Assembly (NCBI GenBank): GCA_046290225.1
Contig: JBKAGE010000071.1
Span: 1 to 64,000, forward strand
Source of the DNA: Bradymonadia bacterium
GTDB taxonomy: Bacteria; Myxococcota_A; Bradymonadia; UBA7976; UBA1532
DNA length: 64,000 nucleotides
Direction: 5' to 3'
Shown: piece after piece, positions 7,681-17,144 of the stretch
How the letters are laid out: the number at the start of each line of letters is the position of its first letter
How positions within the stretch are numbered: position 1 is the first letter of the stretch
Made by a program: the position numbers and the translations under genes
The notes under the pieces: model-generated
The model's database searches: none
Told to the model about the DNA's origin: nothing
The model's input: the letters and a program-made list of their open reading frames with translations, nothing else

Positions 7681-10173
7681 GAGATCGACAGCCCGACTCA
7701 AACGCCGCACCATCCGATCAAGATCAGTCAAATCACCAGGACCACCATCACCCACGAGGGCGTCGAAGTCGACCCCTTCGGTGAGATCCAGCCCCTCGAC
7801 ACGGACCTGATCACCGGCGGCGAGATCTGCAGCGCCATCAGGAGGGAAGGGCAGGGTGAAGGCCACATCGGCGCCAGGCGCGAAGTACACCGTCCAGCGG
7901 CCCTCGCCGCCACGGAAGACCGCGCGGTGGAAGCCAGCACCATCAGCGGGCAGCGCCTCGAGCGTACGCAGGGCCGGCGCCCACTCCACAGCAGAGGGCA
8001 GATCGAGGAACCCATCGCCCTCGAAGCTCACCTCGCCGGGGATGCGATCTTCGAACTGGGCGAAGAGCATCGAGATGTTTTCTGGGAGCAGCCCGCCCTG
8101 GTCCTGACCGAAGGCTGCGGAGAGGGCCAGCACCACCGGCTCACCAGCCTCGAGGCCGCCGTAGGGAGGCGCCATGCGCATGGCCACCGCCTCGGCCTCG
8201 GTGGTGGAAGACAGACCCAGGGGCACGAAGCCCACAGACTGCAGCGACACACCAGCGAGGAGCAGGGCGATGGGCGTACCCTCGCCAGCGCTCGGTGGGG
8301 GCACCTGCACCGTCAGGCGGAGACCTTGATCCTGGGCAGGCTGCGTGTTGAGCACCGGGAAGCGATCGTAATCGGGTACCAGCTCCTCGAGATCACCGTC
8401 ACGATCGATGTCGGTCTCGTCAGGGCGCTGGGGCAGGGCTACGAGATCGTCCACCACCCGCAGACCGTGCTGGAAACGGTCGAAGAAGGGCAGCACCGTG
8501 GCGAGCACGGTGCCCACGTCGGTGCCACCGCCGCCCTGCACCAGCTGAATGATCTGGCCCAGGTCGAGGCGGCCGGCGAAGGACCACGCCATGCGGAAGC
8601 CCGGATCGGAGATCGTGCGGTAGCCGTCTTTGATCTCCACCCGGCCGAGCAGAGGTACCTCGGCGGTGAGGGTGAGGCCTCCGGGGAGAGGCAGGTCGAA
8701 GGCGGTGATGCCCACGTCGACCTCGACGTTGAAGAGCTGGCCGAGCAGGGTACCGAGATCGAGGCCCGTGAGCACCTCACCGCCGGCGCCGCCGATGGAG
8801 CCGCCGGCGAGGCCCACGTCGACGCCGCCCTCGCTGGTGATGCGGGCGAAGTCGATGGCCCCGGTGAAGCCTGCCACCACGCTGTCGTCGCGGCGAGGCG
8901 TGAGCGGGATGTGCAGATCGGAGCGGTTGGCGCCCACCACCGTCACATAGTCGTGATCCGGACTGAAGACCGTCACCGTGATGGGCGGCTCCACATCGCC
9001 GAGCAGGACGATGCCCGTGGCGTCGGTGACCGTCGTCTCGTCGCCCACGCGCACCGAGGCGCCTTCCACGGGCAGGCCAGTGGCGGCGTCGGTGACGCGG
9101 ACCTGCCCGATCTCGGGATCGGCAGCCTCCACCACGGTGAAGTCCACCTGGTTGCTCAACACAAGATCGGCGCCCTCGCCCAGCTGTGCGGTGACACCCA
9201 CGGTGCCCAGCGTGGCGCCTGCGATGGCGACGCCCGTCTCGCGATCCACCTGAAGCACGGAAGCACGGTCGCTGAACCAGGTGAAGCCGCGGACCTGCAC
9301 GATGTCGCCACGCAGGTCGAGGCCCACGGCCTGCAGCGTGATGCTCTGACCGGTGACGAGGGTACGGGGTGGGGTGAGGATGACGATGCGCTCCACCTCT
9401 GCCATGGCGGGGGCTTCGCAGGCCCCTGCGTTGCAGACCTGGGCCTCGGGGCAGTCGGCGTCGCCGCGGCAGATGAAGGGCACACAGCGGCCGCCGATGC
9501 AGTCCTCGTTTTCGAGGCAGGCGTCGCGGCTCTCGCACTCTGCTTGGGGCCGACACAAGCCCGCCTCACAGATCTCGTTGGGGGCGCAGTTGCGATCGCC
9601 ACCGCACGGGGGCAGGGGCTCGCAGTTGCCGTCGAGGCACTGGGTGTCCTCAGGGCACTGATCGTTGTCCTCGCAGGGCTGGGCGGGGATGCACTGCTGA
9701 TCGCGGCAGACCTCGCCGACGTCGCAGTCCTTGTCCTCTTCGCACTGAGGGGGCTCGCAGGCGCCGTCGATGCAGATGCCGCCGCGGAAGCAGGTGCCGG
9801 GGCCGAGGCAGCGATCGAGGCACAGGCCGAAGCGACACAGCTGCAGCTGGTTGCCGCAGTCGCCGTCCATACGGCACTCGGGCTCGGTGCAGAAGCCATC
9901 GTCACCGCAAACGGCGCCCTCCTCGCACTCGCTGTCTTCGGTGCAGGGCGCGCCCATGGGCTCGGCGTCCGGGACGATCTCCGCGTCGGGGACCGCGGCG
10001 TCGGGGACCTCAGCGTCAGGGACTTCGGTGTCGGGGATGATCTCCGCGTCGAGCAGGGCGTCGCCCTCGACGTCGGTGGTGGGGCTGCTGTCCTCGACGC
10101 ACCCGGAGAGTCCGGCGGACAACGCGAAGGATGTGAAGATCAGCAGAGCTGTGGGGGCGAAGCGACGTAGCAT
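7678..10173 (-). CDS. lipoprotein with Cys-rich repeats, an Ig-like domain and a carboxypeptidase-regulatory-like domain
   Basis: Start MLRRFAPT...LSGC; tandem CxxDxDC repeats; VRVTDAATGLPVEGASV...TDATG. Confidence 0.8.
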   Translation of the reverse strand: MLRRFAPTALLIFTSFALSAGLSGCVEDSSPTTDVEGDALLDAEIIPDTEVPDAEVPDAAVPDAEIVPDAEPMGAPCTEDSECEEGAVCGDDGFCTEPECRMDGDCGNQLQLCRFGLCLDRCLGPGTCFRGGICIDGACEPPQCEEDKDCDVGEVCRDQQCIPAQPCEDNDQCPEDTQCLDGNCEPLPPCGGDRNCAPNEICEAGLCRPQAECESRDACLENEDCIGGRCVPFICRGDADCPEAQVCNAGACEAPAMAEVERIVILTPPRTLVTGQSITLQAVGLDLRGDIVQVRGFTWFSDRASVLQVDRETGVAIAGATLGTVGVTAQLGEGADLVLSNQVDFTVVEAADPEIGQVRVTDAATGLPVEGASVRVGDETTVTDATGIVLLGDVEPPITVTVFSPDHDYVTVVGANRSDLHIPLTPRRDDSVVAGFTGAIDFARITSEGGVDVGLAGGSIGGAGGEVLTGLDLGTLLGQLFNVEVDVGITAFDLPLPGGLTLTAEVPLLGRVEIKDGYRTISDPGFRMAWSFAGRLDLGQIIQLVQGGGGTDVGTVLATVLPFFDRFQHGLRVVDDLVALPQRPDETDIDRDGDLEELVPDYDRFPVLNTQPAQDQGLRLTVQVPPPSAGEGTPIALLLAGVSLQSVGFVPLGLSSTTEAEAVAMRMAPPYGGLEAGEPVVLALSAAFGQDQGGLLPENISMLFAQFEDRIPGEVSFEGDGFLDLPSAVEWAPALRTLEALPADGAGFHRAVFRGGEGRWTVYFAPGADVAFTLPFPPDGAADLAAGDQVRVEGLDLTEGVDFDALVGDGGPGDLTDLDRMVRRLSRAVDL

Positions 10174-10418
10174 GCACTCTCCATGGCCGACGGGAGGTCG
10201 GGGAATCACTGTGGACGGGGAGCGTACCCGAAGAGGACGCCTTCCTGGAAGCGGACCCCTCGGAGCGTTATGATGCGGACAGGTGCACGTGTGCGCCTGG
10301 CAATCGAACTTGCAACTGCGGAGTTGTCCGAGTAAACACCGCATCCTTTTTCATCTCCTGCTTATAGCGAGGAAAAAGGATCTTGGGCACATACACAGAA
10401 CCATCAATCGAAGGTTTT

Positions 10419-10703
10419 ATGTCCGGGGGCAACGACCACGGCAGGTATGGGGGTGAGGGTCGATCCTCTGGACCACACGTCGAGGTGATGCACGACGCTG
10501 AAGGACTACCGCCCATGGAGACCCCGGAGGCGTGGTCCGGGTGGCCCCTCGAGGGCGGCGGGGCGTTCAAACGCAGCCGCCCGCCGGAGCCCGAGGTCTT
10601 CGAAGACGAAGTCGAGATTGTTCAGAGCCGATGGCCCATCATCTTTCTCCTGAGTTTTCTTGCCCTTGCAGGAGGACTTGGGGCCTTCTACGCGATGAAG
10701 TAG
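10419..10703 (+). CDS. small C-terminally anchored membrane protein
   Basis: Acidic/Pro-rich body followed by one hydrophobic helix WPIIFLLSFLALAGGLGAFYAM. Confidence 0.5.
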   Translation: MSGGNDHGRYGGEGRSSGPHVEVMHDAEGLPPMETPEAWSGWPLEGGGAFKRSRPPEPEVFEDEVEIVQSRWPIIFLLSFLALAGGLGAFYAMK

Positions 10704-10865
10704 CCCGTTCTGGGTCAAGAACACCGAAAGTGATCGTCGACGCCTGCCGATGAGGAGGGCGTGCTCGTTGTTGAGACATCTGATCAGACGGCGGGGTCAG
10801 AGCAGATGGAGCGCCACTCATGGCTGAGCGGCCCGACGGCACAACTGGTATCCTGGAGGCCCGCT

Positions 10866-11009
10866 ATGAGCGTCATTGAACACCGCGAAGAAAACACCAC
10901 TTCATCTGCAGAAGCGCGCCCAGCTCTGAGCCGCTACCTGATCGTCGGGGGCGTCTCCCTCGGTGTGTGGCTCACCATCATGCTGGCGTGGATGTCCCGC
11001 ACTGCCTGA
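10866..11009 (+). CDS. 47-aa single-TM protein
   Basis: GGAGG SD before the ATG; TM YLIVGGVSLGVWLTIMLAW. Confidence 0.55.
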   Translation: MSVIEHREENTTSSAEARPALSRYLIVGGVSLGVWLTIMLAWMSRTA

Positions 11010-11044
11010 GCTCGATGCCCCCTGGACGCTGCCGCCGCGGCGCG

Positions 11045-12115
11045 TCAGCGCCCTTCCACAGCCCTCAAGTCCTTTAGCATTTCGTCTCCTGAACGCATGA
11101 AGTCCTCTGCCTCTTCGGGCAATGGGGGAGCCGTCGATGGCTTTGGCTCGGGCTGCGCTGTCGAGGCGCTGACGGATTGAGGTGATGGGACTCTAGGGGG
11201 CGCCGTGCGAGGTCTCTTGCGCACCTTGCGGCCAGGGCGTTTCCTGGGCGGCTTGGGGGCTCGAGCGGCAGGCAAGCCCAGACCTTCGAGCATGGATGCG
11301 CCTTCTGACTCAGGCATCGCCCGAGGTGCTCTGGCACTAGGCGGAAGCATCTGCCCGGTGCCGACATCGATGGTTCCGTGGGGGCCCGAGACTTCCACCA
11401 GGCCACGGGCCACCTTCACTGTAGTCCCTGTGTCGTCGTGCACGATCTCGAAGACCGTGCCCTTCACGGTGATCGTGGCATCGGGCGTGCGCACCGCAAA
11501 GGGAGTCTCATCGGTGAAAACACCAGGCTGGACGTGCATCAGCACGCGTCCGCGATGAAGCTTCAACGTCGGGCCGGCGGCGACTGGTCCCAGGATCTCT
11601 GCTTCGCTCTCGCCGAGCACGTGACCACGCGCTGATTGATTGGGCCAGCGCAGGTCAAGGCGAGCCTTTGGGCCGGGCAGAGTTATGCGTTGCCCCGTGG
11701 AGACCACCGAGCCTTCGAGGCTCACCCCCTCAGCTTCGATGACGATGGCCACCGCTGCTGGTGCCTGTGGCCAGCGGGCGGCTTCAGGCCACACCATCCA
11801 GAGCAGAGTCACTGCGGCGAGGGCACCGGCAAAGGCCAGCCCCCAGCGCCACCGGGGCGCATCGCCTTCGGTGAACGTCTCTGACCACACGCGGGCCATG
11901 ATCTCCGACTCGAGCCGCTCGACGTGGCTGCTCGGGGGCAGATCGTCCACCATCGGGTGCCTGAGCGCGGCGCCCAGGGCGCCGATGGCCGCAGCCCGGG
12001 CCCTGCAGGTCTCGCACGCACTCAGATGCTCGAGCAGTGCCTCTTGCTGTGCGTCGTCGAGCAGGCCATCGCGCAGATCGGAAAGCCGGTCGACGTGGGG
12101 ATGCTGATCAGCCAT
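11045..12115 (-). CDS. anti-sigma factor (zf-HC2 + TM + FecR domain)
   Basis: EHLSACETC zinc motif; TM helix; FAVRTPDATITVKGTVF...VKVARGLVEV FecR motif. Confidence 0.88.
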   Translation of the reverse strand: MADQHPHVDRLSDLRDGLLDDAQQEALLEHLSACETCRARAAAIGALGAALRHPMVDDLPPSSHVERLESEIMARVWSETFTEGDAPRWRWGLAFAGALAAVTLLWMVWPEAARWPQAPAAVAIVIEAEGVSLEGSVVSTGQRITLPGPKARLDLRWPNQSARGHVLGESEAEILGPVAAGPTLKLHRGRVLMHVQPGVFTDETPFAVRTPDATITVKGTVFEIVHDDTGTTVKVARGLVEVSGPHGTIDVGTGQMLPPSARAPRAMPESEGASMLEGLGLPAARAPKPPRKRPGRKVRKRPRTAPPRVPSPQSVSASTAQPEPKPSTAPPLPEEAEDFMRSGDEMLKDLRAVEGR

Positions 12116-12678
12116 CGGGGCCCTCCAAGAGCGACAGAAAGGCCTCGTCTCGCGCGGCGAGCCGCAGCAAGTCGCGCCGCGCCTGATGCAGGCGGGTGCG
12201 CACTGTGATCCGGGGGATCCCCAGGGCCTGGGCGATCTCACCGGGATCGAGGCCCTCGACCTCTCTCAAGATGATCACCAGCCGGCGTTTGGGGGTGAGC
12301 TGGCTCAGCATGGCCCTGACTTTGGCGTCTCGATCTCGATCGCACATCACCCCCTCAGGGGTGCGGATGGATGCGCACAGTCTCGGCGTAGGCATCTTCT
12401 CGCTCGCGCTGACGGCCAACCTGGCGCTTGTACGCGAGGGCTGTGTGAGCGGTGACGCGGTAGATCCAGGTGCTCAGGCGGCTGCGCCCCTTGAATCGGG
12501 GCAGGCCCTTGAAGATCGAGACAAAGGTCTCTTGTACGAGATCGTCGAGTTCGTCCTCTGTGGCGCCGAAGCGGGCGAGCACTCGACGCACACGGGGCTG
12601 GTGCTGTCGAAACAGGGTGCTGCACGCCGCAGGCTCCCCGGCGACACAGCGTCGTACTAGGGCCTGCTCCTCGGCCAT
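12108..12678 (-). pseudogene. ECF sigma-70 factor split by a frameshift near 12365-12372
   Basis: Sigma2 (DDLVQETF...STWIYRV) is in one frame ending at a TGA at 12355; sigma4 (LREVEGLDPGEIAQALGIPRITVRTRLHQAR) is in another frame. Confidence 0.88.
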
Positions 12679-12703
12679 GATCTCCGGGGCGTTCAAGTGT
12701 TTC

Positions 12704-13630
12704 TCAGTCCACCTCGCACGGGCAGTCGTCCTCGCCCTCGTCAGGCTCGGGCGCTGGCTCAGAGTCTGCCTCTGGAGGATCTGCCTCAGGGGGCGCCTCT
12801 GGCGTCTCTGTTGCCTCGGGCGCCTCGTGCTCGTCGGGGCAGGGGTCCTCTTCAGGAGGCTCATCTTGAGCCCCATCGGGGGTGGGATCAACGACCTCGT
12901 CGGTGCACGGATCGTCATCTGCCCCTGGTGGCGGGGCCTCTGCAGGTGGCGCTTCGGGATCGCAGCCGCAGGCGCTCACCCGCAGCAGGTGGAACGTGCC
13001 CTCGACCCGGCGATCGCCCAGGGCGATCTCGATGCGGCCTTCGATCTCGCTGCCCGAGACGAGGGTGGCGTCGAAGAGGCCTTGAAAGGCTGCCGGATCG
13101 TGGGCGGTGACGTCGGCCATCTGCCCACTCATGGCTGCGCCCTCCCGGTTGCCGCCCACGGCGAGGGGGATCCACTCTCCCCACTCTGTGAGCAGGTGGG
13201 CGGTGCCCACGAGGGCATCGGGGAAGAAGGTCACGTCGAGGACGAGCTGACCCGAGAGTCCGCGGGCCCACAGCGGGCCCACATATCGCGGGTCGAGACC
13301 GCCGAGGCCGTACTCAGCCCCCCCGGCAGGATCACCGAGACACGCATCAGTGGCGGGGCAGTGCAGGACTGGAGGCACACAGCTCACCTGCGGATCACAG
13401 ACGTCGCCCGAGGCACAATCTCCGTCGCCTTCACAGGCCTCGCCTCCCCAGGGCTCTTCGTCCCAGTGCCCTCCGTCGTCCCAGGGCTCGTCGGGGTTGC
13501 CGCCCCAGGCGTGCTGACCCTCGGTGTGGTGTCGGTGATGGTTCTCCTTCTCTTCGACGTACTCGCAGCCCACGGTCAGCCACAACATCGCCACCGCGCC
13601 AAAGCGCACGGTCACCTGCTTCATCGTCAT
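12704..13630 (-). CDS. hypothetical lipoprotein with an acidic Pro-rich tail, first gene of the ECF operon
   Basis: Lipobox LTVGC; ends 25 nt upstream of the sigma start. Confidence 0.7.
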   Translation of the reverse strand: MTMKQVTVRFGAVAMLWLTVGCEYVEEKENHHRHHTEGQHAWGGNPDEPWDDGGHWDEEPWGGEACEGDGDCASGDVCDPQVSCVPPVLHCPATDACLGDPAGGAEYGLGGLDPRYVGPLWARGLSGQLVLDVTFFPDALVGTAHLLTEWGEWIPLAVGGNREGAAMSGQMADVTAHDPAAFQGLFDATLVSGSEIEGRIEIALGDRRVEGTFHLLRVSACGCDPEAPPAEAPPPGADDDPCTDEVVDPTPDGAQDEPPEEDPCPDEHEAPEATETPEAPPEADPPEADSEPAPEPDEGEDDCPCEVD

Positions 13631-13660
13631 CTTCGACTCCCTTGATGGTCACATGAGGTG

Positions 13661-13689
13661 AGTTGCCGCCGAGGGGCCGAGCGTTCGAA
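13661..13689 (-). promoter_or_regulatory. putative ECF promoter (CGAAC-N16-GCAACT)
   Basis: ECF-like -35/-10 pair about 30 nt upstream of the operon's first ATG. Confidence 0.35.
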
Positions 13690-13765
13690 GGGGGGCGCTT
13701 TTTTTTTGCTCTTCGGTTAAAAACAGGGGCTTACGCCCATCAGATGTCGAACCCGAGGAGCCTCA

Positions 13766-14950
13766 TTGATCGCGTACGCCATGGAATGGATCGAGTTGTT
13801 GGTGCGCTGGATACACGTCATCACCGGCGTGTCGTGGATCGGCGCCTCGTTCTACTTCAACTGGCTCAACCACCACATGCGGCCACCAGAAGAGCCCCGT
13901 GAGGGTGTCGGGGGGGATCTCTGGGCCGTACACGGTGGCGCCTTTTACCAGGTGACCAAGTACACGGTGGCGCCAGAGCGTTTGCCGAAGGTGCTGCACT
14001 GGTTCAAATACGAGGCGTACTTCACTTGGATCTCTGGCTTCACGTTGTTGCTGCTGGTGTACCACCTCGGCGCCGGAGGCCTGCTCATCGACCCCTCGGT
14101 GGCTGAGCTGAGCCAGGGCGCCGCCACGGCCATCGGCCTGGGCACCCTCGCCGTGGGCTGGGTGATCTACGATCTGATGTGCAAGTCCCCTCTGGGGAAG
14201 AGCAACCTCGGGCTGTTCTTCGTGGGCTTTGGCCTCGTCGCAGGGGCCGCCGTGGGGCTTTGTCAGGTCTTCAGCGGTCGCGGGGCCTACATTCACGTGG
14301 GGGCCCTCATCGGCACCATCATGGCGGCGAACGTCTTCTTCGTGATCATCCCCGGTCAGAAGAAGATGGTCGATGCGATGATCAAGGGCGAAGAGCCTGA
14401 TCCTGCCTATGGCAAGGCTGGGGCACAGCGCTCGCTGCACAACAACTACTTCACGCTGCCGGTGTTGTTCATCATGGTGAGCAATCACTACCCGATGACC
14501 TTCGGCCACGCCTACAACTGGGCGGTGCTCATCGCGCTGTCGCTCATCTCTGCCGGCGTGCGTCACTGGTTCAATCTGCGTGGCCAGGGGCACAAGAACG
14601 TGTGGATCCTCCCCGTGGCCGCCGGCGCCATGGTGGCTTTGGCCCTCGTGAGCGCGCCGAAGGCCGCCGACGATGGTCCTCCGGTGAGCTTTGCCGAGGC
14701 GAAGCTCATCATCAACACGCGCTGCTCCCCGTGTCACTCGGCCCAGCCCACACAGCCGGGCTTCGTCTCACCGCCGGGGGGGATCGTCTACGACACCCCG
14801 GAGCAGATTCAGCGTATGGCAGGTCGCATTCACGCGCAGGCGGTGTCGGCGAAGGTGATGCCTCCGGGCAACCTCACAGGCATCACCGACGCGGAGCGCG
14901 CCGCCCTCGGCCGCTGGATCAGGGCCGGGGCCAACATCGACGAGCAATGA
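13766..14950 (+). CDS. puuD: membrane urate hydroxylase with a C-terminal cytochrome c domain
   Basis: RWIHVITGVSWIGASFYF, LHWFKYEAYFTWISG, RSLHNNYFTLPV, CSPCH; GAGGAG SD before TTG. Confidence 0.92.
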   Translation: MIAYAMEWIELLVRWIHVITGVSWIGASFYFNWLNHHMRPPEEPREGVGGDLWAVHGGAFYQVTKYTVAPERLPKVLHWFKYEAYFTWISGFTLLLLVYHLGAGGLLIDPSVAELSQGAATAIGLGTLAVGWVIYDLMCKSPLGKSNLGLFFVGFGLVAGAAVGLCQVFSGRGAYIHVGALIGTIMAANVFFVIIPGQKKMVDAMIKGEEPDPAYGKAGAQRSLHNNYFTLPVLFIMVSNHYPMTFGHAYNWAVLIALSLISAGVRHWFNLRGQGHKNVWILPVAAGAMVALALVSAPKAADDGPPVSFAEAKLIINTRCSPCHSAQPTQPGFVSPPGGIVYDTPEQIQRMAGRIHAQAVSAKVMPPGNLTGITDAERAALGRWIRAGANIDEQ

Positions 14951-15149
14951 GCAATACGGGCAGCGACTGACCACTCTTGTCGCCACCGATCTGGCTGATC
15001 GATCAGCCGCTTGATACAGCCAAACCCCACCCGTTGCACCATAACCCCTGCATGCGACCCCCCACTTCATCCTGGCGCACATTTTGCTGAAGAGGTCTTC
15101 ATCTCACATCTGACTTGAGGGCCTGAGGCACAGGCACGGGGAGAGTGAC

Positions 15150-17144
15150 ATGAGCGCAGCATGGATGCGGCATCTGAGTTTCGGGGTGATGATGGCGGCG
15201 ACGATGGCCGCCTGTGGCGCCGAGGAGACCACCTCGGGCCCGGCACCCGATCCCGCCGAGAGCGAGGCCCCGCTCTCCAACCTCGATGCCATCCTCGAGG
15301 GCACCCCTGATCCCGACAAGCTCCCCGACGAGCCCAAGTCCGACCAGATCATGCCCGCCCAGTTCGACCTGCGGGCCACTCAGTCTTCGGTGAAGAGCCA
15401 GGGCAGCCGCGGTGTGTGCTCGATCTTCTCCACCGTGGCCCTCATGGAGCACCTCTACATCAAAGAGGGCACCATCACCGAGCCCGACTTCAGCGAGCAG
15501 TTCCTGCAGTGGTCCACCAAGGTGGAGCTCGGCGCCTTCCGGAACACCGGTGGCTCCAGCGCCGGCCGCAACCTCGACGCCATCAACCGCTACGGCGTCG
15601 TCGACGAGGCCACGCTGCCCTACGAGTCGAAGCCCTGGACCGCCGCCAACAACCCCGACTGCGGCAAAGACGAGGCCGAGCGCCCCGTGGAGTGCCACAC
15701 CAACGGCACCCCCGACCAGGAGATCGTCGACAACGGCCGCCGCTGGTTCCTGCCCCGCAGTCGTTGGGTGAGCAGCCGGGTGAACAACATCAAGGCCTAC
15801 ATGCTCAACAACGAGCTCGCTGTGGTCGCCGGCATGACCTTCTTCTACCAGAGCTGGAACCACCGCCGGTCCCAGCTGCCCACGAACCGCACCTACTGGT
15901 CCGAGGGCTACGTGCTCTACCCCAACGCCAAGGACAAAGAGATCAGCCTCGAGAAGCGGGCCGGTCACAGCATCCTGCTCGTGGGCTGGGATGACGAGCT
16001 CGAGGTGCCCATGGTGGACGAAGAGGGCGAGCAGATCCTCGACGCCGAGGGCAACCCCCAGATGGAGAAGGGCTTCTTCCTGTTCAAGAACAGCTGGGGC
16101 ACCTCGGGCTTCGGCATCAACAACCCCTTCGGCGCGGGCTACGGCTGGCTGTCCTACCGCTACGTCTCCGAGTACGCCCGAGTGGTGGGTGCCGATATCC
16201 CCGAGCTCGATCTCAAGGAAGACTGCTCCAACGGCATCGACGACGACTTCGACGGCCTCGCTGACTGCGCCGACGACGCCTGCGGTGCCGACTTCGCCTG
16301 CCGGGTCCCCGCGCAGCAGATCGGTGGCGAGAACACCGACGCTGTGGCGATCCCCGACAACACCCCCGCCGGCATCACCAGCACCATCAAGCTCGAGGGC
16401 GAGGGTGTGGTCTCCGAGCTCGCCGTCGAACTCTTCATCGAGCACAGCTACATCGGCGATCTGCACGTGACCCTCACCAGCCCCGACGGCATCGAGGTCC
16501 TGCTCCACAGCCGTGACGGTGGCTCCAGCCGCAACCTCGAAGAGACCTACGTGCCCTCGGGCATCAACGGCGCCACCATCAACGGCGACTGGGTCCTCGG
16601 TGTCTCTGATCTCGCCGGCAGCGATGTAGGCCGCCTCGTGAAGTGGTCCCTCCTCGTGATCCCCGGCGAGGCCGGCGCTGAGGAGATCTGTGACGACGGC
16701 ATGGACAACACTGGCAACGGCCTGGTGGACTGCGCGGATCCTGTCTGCGCCGCCGCCGAGGTCTGCGACGTGACGGGTGAGCCCAGCCTCATCGAGGTGA
16801 GCAGCGAGCAGGCCATCGACGTGCCCGACCGTGACCTCGCCGGCGTGAACAGCACCATCGACGTCGCCGAGTCCGGCGTCATCAGCGAGCTCAGCGTCAC
16901 CGTCGACATCAGCCACAGCTACCGTGGCGATCTCAAGCTCACCCTGGTGCACCCCGACGGCACCGAGGTGGTGCTCAAGGAGAACGACAACGACAACAGC
17001 GCCGACGTGAACGAGACCTACACGGTGCTCGACTTCAACGGGAAGCTCTCCGACGGCACCTGGAGCCTCGAGGTGGTGGACACGGCCCGCGGCGACGAGG
17101 GCACCCTCAACGGCTGGGACATGGCCATCAAGATCAACCAGTAA
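15150..17144 (+). CDS. C1 (papain-like) peptidase lipoprotein with two proprotein-convertase P-domains
   Basis: QGSRGVC, GHSILLVGW, FKNSWG; two IxHSYxGDLxxxLxxPDG repeats; lipobox MAAC. Confidence 0.88.
   Translation: MSAAWMRHLSFGVMMAATMAACGAEETTSGPAPDPAESEAPLSNLDAILEGTPDPDKLPDEPKSDQIMPAQFDLRATQSSVKSQGSRGVCSIFSTVALMEHLYIKEGTITEPDFSEQFLQWSTKVELGAFRNTGGSSAGRNLDAINRYGVVDEATLPYESKPWTAANNPDCGKDEAERPVECHTNGTPDQEIVDNGRRWFLPRSRWVSSRVNNIKAYMLNNELAVVAGMTFFYQSWNHRRSQLPTNRTYWSEGYVLYPNAKDKEISLEKRAGHSILLVGWDDELEVPMVDEEGEQILDAEGNPQMEKGFFLFKNSWGTSGFGINNPFGAGYGWLSYRYVSEYARVVGADIPELDLKEDCSNGIDDDFDGLADCADDACGADFACRVPAQQIGGENTDAVAIPDNTPAGITSTIKLEGEGVVSELAVELFIEHSYIGDLHVTLTSPDGIEVLLHSRDGGSSRNLEETYVPSGINGATINGDWVLGVSDLAGSDVGRLVKWSLLVIPGEAGAEEICDDGMDNTGNGLVDCADPVCAAAEVCDVTGEPSLIEVSSEQAIDVPDRDLAGVNSTIDVAESGVISELSVTVDISHSYRGDLKLTLVHPDGTEVVLKENDNDNSADVNETYTVLDFNGKLSDGTWSLEVVDTARGDEGTLNGWDMAIKINQ

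Noticed and set aside
10298..10316. sigma-54 promoter TGGCA...TTGCA
   Set aside because: GG-to-GC spacing is 11 nt rather than the required 10
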